Positions 57,400-64,000 of a stretch of 64,000 nucleotides of DNA are shown one piece after another. The position numbers and the translations under genes were made by a program. The notes beneath the pieces are model-generated. The model saw nothing but the letters and a program-made list of their open reading frames with translations, had not been told where the DNA came from and ran no database searches. This DNA comes from Chlorokybus atmophyticus (Eukaryota > Plantae > Mesostigma and Chlorokybus algae), in contig RHPI01002069.1 in the NCBI GenBank assembly GCA_009103225.1, forward strand, positions 2,256,846-2,320,845, read 5' to 3'. The number at the start of each line of letters is the position of its first letter. The first letter of the stretch is position 1.

Positions 57400-58140
57400 T
57401 CCATGAAAGCTAAACAACCATTTTATAAACCGCAAACATGCAAACAGCATAAGGTACGTATCTATTTATATACACATTTACACTTGAAAGACGATATTTA
57501 TAAATTATACATTACCTTATTAATATGCTTGTATAATATACTTACTTACAAGATTATAAACATTGCTCTATGTTGATTTAGCCAGCATATTGTGTTTATT
57601 ATTGCAAGTTGTACACGGGCCTATACTTATATTAATAGGTAAGAGACGATTGCAAATTATGATAAGGGCGATTCTTGGTGGTTGGCTGCGTAAATAATCA
57701 CTTATTACAGGAACGTGCATGCGGCATTTTATGCAAATCGCTTTAATCCACATATGTTGTATGATGGACCCATATATTATGTACAACAAGAATAATATGC
57801 TTCGACTAGGCATTGCTTTGTTACTGGCTGGTTACCTCAGTATTATACCATATGATAAAGTGTCATCATCATTATAATGATCATGGCGCACTACAACAAT
57901 AACAGCATTATTTATGCGCCATATATGTATCATTGCATGAACATGATTACCACGTATAGTGCATAAAGTGGACCAAAAACGTTACATTTTATCTGTTAGT
58001 AGCAACACTATTTGTGCATTATAAAAGTGTATAATACAAAATACATGCCTTCACAAATGCAATAAAACCATCATGCCATCTTGCAACCTCTATTCACAAT
58101 AAGTTATTTCAACTTGCAATGGCTTTCATATTTATTGTAC
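57400..58140. other. AT-rich intergenic island between the PGK 5' end and the PCCA 3' end
   Basis: Visible compositional drop with no convincing ORF. Confidence 0.6.
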
Positions 58141-58305
58141 TTTGGGCAAGATGGTTAGTTGTTATCAACATTATTATAAACACACCACACATTATGTTAA
58201 TCATTTGTCGCACAAGCATGGCAATGAACACCCGTCAGCCAACCAGCCATTGTGCTATGTGTGTGATTGTGTCTTGGATCATCATGTGAGTAGCCTATAT
58301 TCGCA

Positions 58306-61300
58306 TCAAGTGAATGTGACAATGACATCATCTGCCGACAACACCGCGTCTTCCTTGACTGCGACGCTAGCTATTGTTCCCTCCCGCTCAGCACGCAACA
58401 CATTGCGCATTTTCATAGCCTCCACAACAGCAAGCTCCTCACCTACCTCCACCTTCCAGTCATGGTTGAGTATTGGTCAGTGTTGTACATGGTCTTCACA
58501 AGGCATACAAGCACATGTGGTACATGGTCGTCGTAGGGCACTCATACACTCAATGTCACTCATAAGATGCTTACCTTGTCACCGGGGGCGACTGATATTG
58601 ATACAAGTCTGCCAGGCATCGGCGACCTCACTACTTTAGACTCATCCGCTCGCACAAGTGGCTTCATGTACTTTGACAGCTCCGCCTATTCAACAAAGAA
58701 ACTCACCACACAGTATACAAAATACACATTTCCACAACACGACCGCAAAATGCGAGCAAACTAACTTTTGTCCAGTCACATTGCCCTCACCTGCATGGGA
58801 GTCTGCACGAGTACCGTCTTTTCTGCCCCGCAAAAGACGAGGGAAAACCCTCGGGGCAGTATTGAGGCTACCTGTTGGCACTCCAAACATCAGCCGAGTT
58901 GCATATGCGTATGTGTGTAGTTGCATGCGGTAAACTGCGACAGCTGTCGGTGCCTACGCACCTGGCATATGGCATGCGAGCCGTCGATCAATACCTCCGC
59001 TAGCAACGGAGACGCCTCCCCAACCCTTTGTGACAAGGACGCAGCACTGACCTGGTTACACATACACATCATTCACATACTTGAAAGTCAACAGACGCTT
59101 GAAAAACAATTTGGCACTGCATCACACACACACGTGCAAGCACGCGCATGCACCTACCCACCTGCCTGCCGTTGACAACGACGGCGTGGTCGCCAGCGTC
59201 ATCAGCCACAATGGCAATGTCAAGCTGGGAGTCTTGCTTGTCCTCACTGTCTGTGATGGTGGCGACCAAGCGCGAAAGGGAGGTGGCGAGAGATGTGCGG
59301 TGCGATGAGGGATTGGTGAGACTGTTGTTGGCCAGATTGTGGCTGTGCGCAGTGAGCTCACGGCGGACGTGAAGGTACGCTGCGATTGCGATCAAGTCAT
59401 CCTGCGTGGACGTTGCGTGTCGGGCATGTAAGTGGTTGGTCGTGTGTTTATGAGAGATGAGCGGAGAAAATTAAGGAGATGTATACCCTTTGCTGAGGAG
59501 AAAGAGTGGCGCCAGTGAAGCCCTTGGGATAGTGCTCTGGGATGAACTTTGTCGTCACCTTGCCTACAACAAGCACGCAAGTTTGACTATCAAAAACAAA
59601 TACTCCACCACCCTACCAAACCACACCACACCACACCACACCACACAGAAACTGCAAACCCACCAGTGCATTTGTCCACATCTCCATGTCAATTCACTGC
59701 TGTTCAACCATCACGGCACAAGCCTCTACAAGCCTTTGCAGTAGAACACTCCACTCATGCACATTGGCAACTGTGCAGTCAAAGACACTTTGCTAAGACA
59801 ACCCAACATTACCAGCTCTAAAGGCGGGATGAGCGAGTACTGATCGCAAAAACGGTGCATTGTGCCTGACTCCCCGCACGACATACGCGTCCAAAGCGCG
59901 CTCCATCGCCGCTATGGCCCCCGCACGCGTGGCGGCGTGCGTCACAACCTGCACACATGAACACATATCTGTGTATCACATCAACACCAGCACACAAGTC
60001 CACATGTCCACAAGTACAACCATCATCATGCCTTTGATATCAGCGGGTCGTAGTACATTGATATCTGGCTGCCTTCATCGACGCCCGAGTCTACACGTAT
60101 CGTTGCCTCAATGTTAGACTCTGAGTCATGAACGTCTGTGTTGTTGTTCTCATTGGCAGGCAATGTAATGGCCCCTCGCTTTGGCTCCAAGTATGATCGC
60201 AGCCGGCCGATAGACGGCAGAAAGGTCTTGTACGGATCTTCAGCGTAGAGCCGACACTCCATTGCCCATCCGTGCACTGCAGTGGTGTTGCAACAGATGT
60301 TGGGATGTGGGGAATAAAGGGAGAGCTTACTTACTTACTTCCACCGAAGGTGCAACATGATACTGTGTATGCTGTTGGTCGGTTACAACATAACATAGTG
60401 TTGAAAGAGATTCAACAATGAAGGGTATGTTGCATGGTATGCAACACACCCTACTTAGTTTTCACAGACTGTTAAGCTGCATCCTTTAACTTATGTAGGG
60501 GATGTAACACAAGGGTGAGAGCACATGTGTAAACTTTGTTCTCATTGTGTCATCTGCACCTTGGCTGGCGCGCTTCTGGTCGATGCCGAGAGGCAGGCCA
60601 GCGGCGACCCGCAGCATCATCTCAACTAAGTCAAGGCCGGTAACAAACTCTGTAACTGGATGCTCCACCTGCACGAGTGAGAACACGCTAATGTCATATT
60701 GGCACTGTCACACACGCACGTAGGCATAACGTGCGCACGCACGCATCGCACTCGCACGCATGATGTGCTACATACACGCTTCCAGCTTCCTTCCCCTGTG
60801 TGCTCACCTGGAGTCTGGTGTTCATCTCCAAAAAGTAGAAGTTCTTGTGCTTGTCGACAAGGAACTCCACCGTGCCGGCAGAGCGGTAACCCACAGCACG
60901 CGCAAGCGCTACAGCCTGCGTTAATACGCTGTGATGATGTCGACGATGGAAACGACACCCATGACACTCAATGCTAGAAGCAGCTTTGCAAAGCTTATTG
61001 CCCTCACCTGCTCGCCCATCTCGGCCACGCGCTCCCGTGGTAAGTCAACAGAAGGCGCTTCCTCAATCACCTACACATATAGTTGGTTGATGAGCATAAC
61101 AACAGGACTATATGTGAAGGGAGAGACCAGACTGACCTTCTGGTTGCGACGCTGTATCGAGCACTCGCGTTGTGGGAAGTACACAGCGTTGCCATGCGCG
61201 TCCACCATGAGCTGTATCTCTATGTGCCTTGGCTCCTCAATGAATCTGCTTGCAAACGTATTTGAATGAGACAATAGGACTGTTCCACTTGTTCGACCTA

Positions 61301-63566
61301 CACAAGACAGCGCCATGTGTCGTGCAGTTGATTGTGGGTTCACATATGTGTGCGCGCATTTTTGTGTGTGGCTGTGGGTGTGAGTGGGTGGGTGGGTATG
61401 GGTGTGGGTGTGGGTGTGGGTGTGGGTGTGGGCGCGCGTGCGCACGTGCGTGGACAATCATGCGCACGTATGTGTGCTCTCCAGCGTGTGCGCGCGCATG
61501 TGTGTTTACCGCTCAATGAGGATGCGATCGTCCCCGAACGCGCCCCTGGCCTCCTGCGAAGACAACCTGAAGCCCTCACGCGCCTCCTCCTCGTTGTATG
61601 CCACCCGCATGCCCTTGCCGCCGCCGCCCGCCGAAGCCTTCAACATCACCGGGTACCCGACCTGTGTAAGGACCAGGACAATAAGTACACAAGCACAAGT
61701 GTGCGCTCGTTGCCCTGTTTGTGCCATCAATACGTAAAGTGCACACAGGCCCACGCAACGAGAATGGTTTGATCTGTAAGCAAGCAAGTGCATGATATGC
61801 TGACCAATACACACACCTCACTGGCAATGCGAGCAGCATCGTCTTCATCTTTCACGACGCCAACATAACCCGGGATAGTATTCACTCCCGCCTCCATCGC
61901 TATGCGCTTGCTTTGCAGCTACAACACAACCACAGACACACACATCAACACCCACCCACCCCCACCCCACCCCACCACCNNNNNNNNNCACCCACCCTAC
62001 CTTATCTCCCATAGCCGCGATCGCACTCGCCGGTGGCCCGACAAACGTGATGTCTCCCCGCGTATCTTCGAGCGCGGCGGCGAGCTCGCGCGACTCCGAT
62101 AAGAAGCCGTAGCCCGGGTGGACGGCGTCGGCGCCGCACGCGCGGGCGGCTGCGAGGATGTGAGGGACGGAGAGGTAACCGTCGAGGACGCCCGCGCTGC
62201 CAGCCGGACCCTGCGAATGGGGATGTGGCGTCATGAGAGATAAATGGTCTGTACGTAGATGTGAATGTAGATGACATGTGTGCACGTTTATACACACCCG
62301 TGAGCATGCGAGCGCGCATACACAGAGGTCAACAAGTCAGAAATGCAGTTAGCGCAAGCATGCACATGCACACACACAACAACAACAACAATGCGCACGG
62401 ATGCACACATGCACGCGCACGCACACACGCACGAACGCACGCACGCGTCAACACCACATACACTTGGCCCACAACACCAAGACAATCTTCCTCACACGTA
62501 CACAAGCATCCCCACACTCCCTACCAGTCCCACGGCCTGGTCGGTGACGCGCGTGTGCAGCGTCCCCGCATCGGGGTCGGTGAAGACGGAGGCGGTGGGG
62601 ATGCCGAGACGGGCGGCGGTGCGCGCGACGCGGCAGGCGATTTCGCCGCGGTTGGCTATAAGAAGTTTTGAGAAGAGAGGCTGCGGACAGACAAAGGGCG
62701 TTCATGCACGTGCATGAGTGCGAAGCAAGGTCACATGGGATTGCTGACTGACTATTCTCAACGCTTACATAAGCGGGTTCGACTACACCTGCGTCTGTTC
62801 ATGTGTGGTCTGAGTGATGACCTACCCAAATACCACCGTAAGTACATTTCTGTATGCGTTGCCTTGTGTGCACTGCCTTGACAATGACTTCAACACTATA
62901 ACTTCAACACTATGCACGTGTGCAGGTTGACCTTTTTGCTGGTCTATACGTGAATCAATGAATTGGACGAGGAACAACGGTTGTGTACATGAACGGCGGT
63001 AAAGATGAACTCACAACCCACGACTGACGCATGCATGGCGGCGTAGTGTGTCGAACAACACGTTGTTTATACCAGTGCTGTCAAGCATGTTTGTGACTGG
63101 CGCGAGTGAATGACACTGACAAGCCCATGATGTACATACAAATATTCTTGTTCACTTATATCACCTCAATTTTCAGATCACCACATCAGACGCACGCGAT
63201 GGAAACACGTGAAAAAACAATCCACAACACTGGGTTATTACCTTGTTTCACTCCATCACCCCATACCGTCACCCCATAACATTACAAGCAGCACGCTGCG
63301 CTAGCTGCATCTCAACTAATCCACTTGACACATGCACCACAACTTCACACCCTCGGCATGTCATCCTCAGCAAAGGCAGCATTCCCTTCCCACTGCACCT
63401 TGCCAGCTTCCGAATGCTGTGCCCGCCACGACCTCCACCATGGCGAGCTGGACGCCAACGAGGAGGAGAGCCCCGACGGATTCAGTACAATCGATGACGT
63501 TCCCCGCCTGACCCTCCTCGCGACAGTCGCCGCCGCCGCCGCCCGCAGCAACGGCGGCAGCGCCAT
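58306..63566 (-). CDS. PCCA: Propionyl-CoA carboxylase alpha chain (biotin carboxylase plus biotinyl domain), mitochondrial-type presequence
   Basis: [108 protein letters not shown] and [12 protein letters not shown]. These fit PCCA better than MCCA. One GC-AG intron (donor at 60031). Confidence 0.88.
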
Positions 63567-64000
63567 TGGCGCCTGCAACAAACAGAAGCTGACGTGGAAG
63601 CTGACTGACGGAAACGCTGCATGCATGTGGGTTTGTAATGAATTATATAAAAACGTGATGTCAATGCGCGCGACGGTACAATAAATGTTGGACACGTGGT
63701 CATGACGATGGTGTGTCACAGGCTGACCTCAGAGGTCAGCCAGCCGGGGCCCTGGCCAAGCCCCCCTGCTTGCCAGTGTAACTGCCTATTGGATTGCAAG
63801 CATGCGACACCATCACACACAGTGAGCGCCACCACGTGTAGTATAAGGTAATATAATGGAGTACTATGATGTGGGTTGTGGATTTGATATTGTTGATGAT
63901 GCAAGAAGGCGGTTTAAGGTTCGTTTTTAAGTAGTAATTATTCTGTTGATGATCTTTGATGTGAAAGTAACATTTAATATCCATAAGCTGTTACAGCAAA

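Noticed and set aside
62770-62790. GGTTCGACT B-box-like motif in a PCCA intron
   Set aside because: No A-box at the right distance and no cloverleaf, so it is not a tRNA or SINE on this evidence.

Overview
Intron-rich eukaryotic nuclear DNA in the standard genetic code. It is most consistent with a green-lineage alga, probably an early-diverging streptophyte (inference from plant-type U1-C, MFP and MSL2/3 proteins and AAACCCTA telo-boxes). I spliced about 13 genes by eye, mostly in compact head-to-head pairs: U1-C (partial); a 427-aa orphan with two zinc fingers and an NCD2-like segment; an LSMT-type SET protein; an AI-2E transporter; an ALG12-like mannosyltransferase; an SDS22-like LRR protein; WDR5; RPL29; an MSL2/3-like MscS channel; peroxisomal MFP; a Myb plus NSD-type PHD protein; an atypical PGK; and propionyl-CoA carboxylase alpha. 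There is also one small orphan gene candidate. Non-coding features include a roughly 0.5-kb TRIM-like LTR element, a pre-miRNA-like hairpin upstream of RPL29, a foldback element, a diverged dispersed repeat, AT-rich islands, N gaps, and two exact duplications beside Ns that are probably assembly artefacts. The most interesting observations are: (1) the orphan protein combining tandem ZF-HD-like fingers with a segment resembling the NCD2 domain of animal NAB co-repressors; (2) at least five GC-AG introns alongside a U1-C with Y12H in its zinc finger; (3) a PGK with rewired substrate and nucleotide motifs. Most ORFs in the supplied track are spurious. No database searches were run, so all family calls come from recalled motifs.
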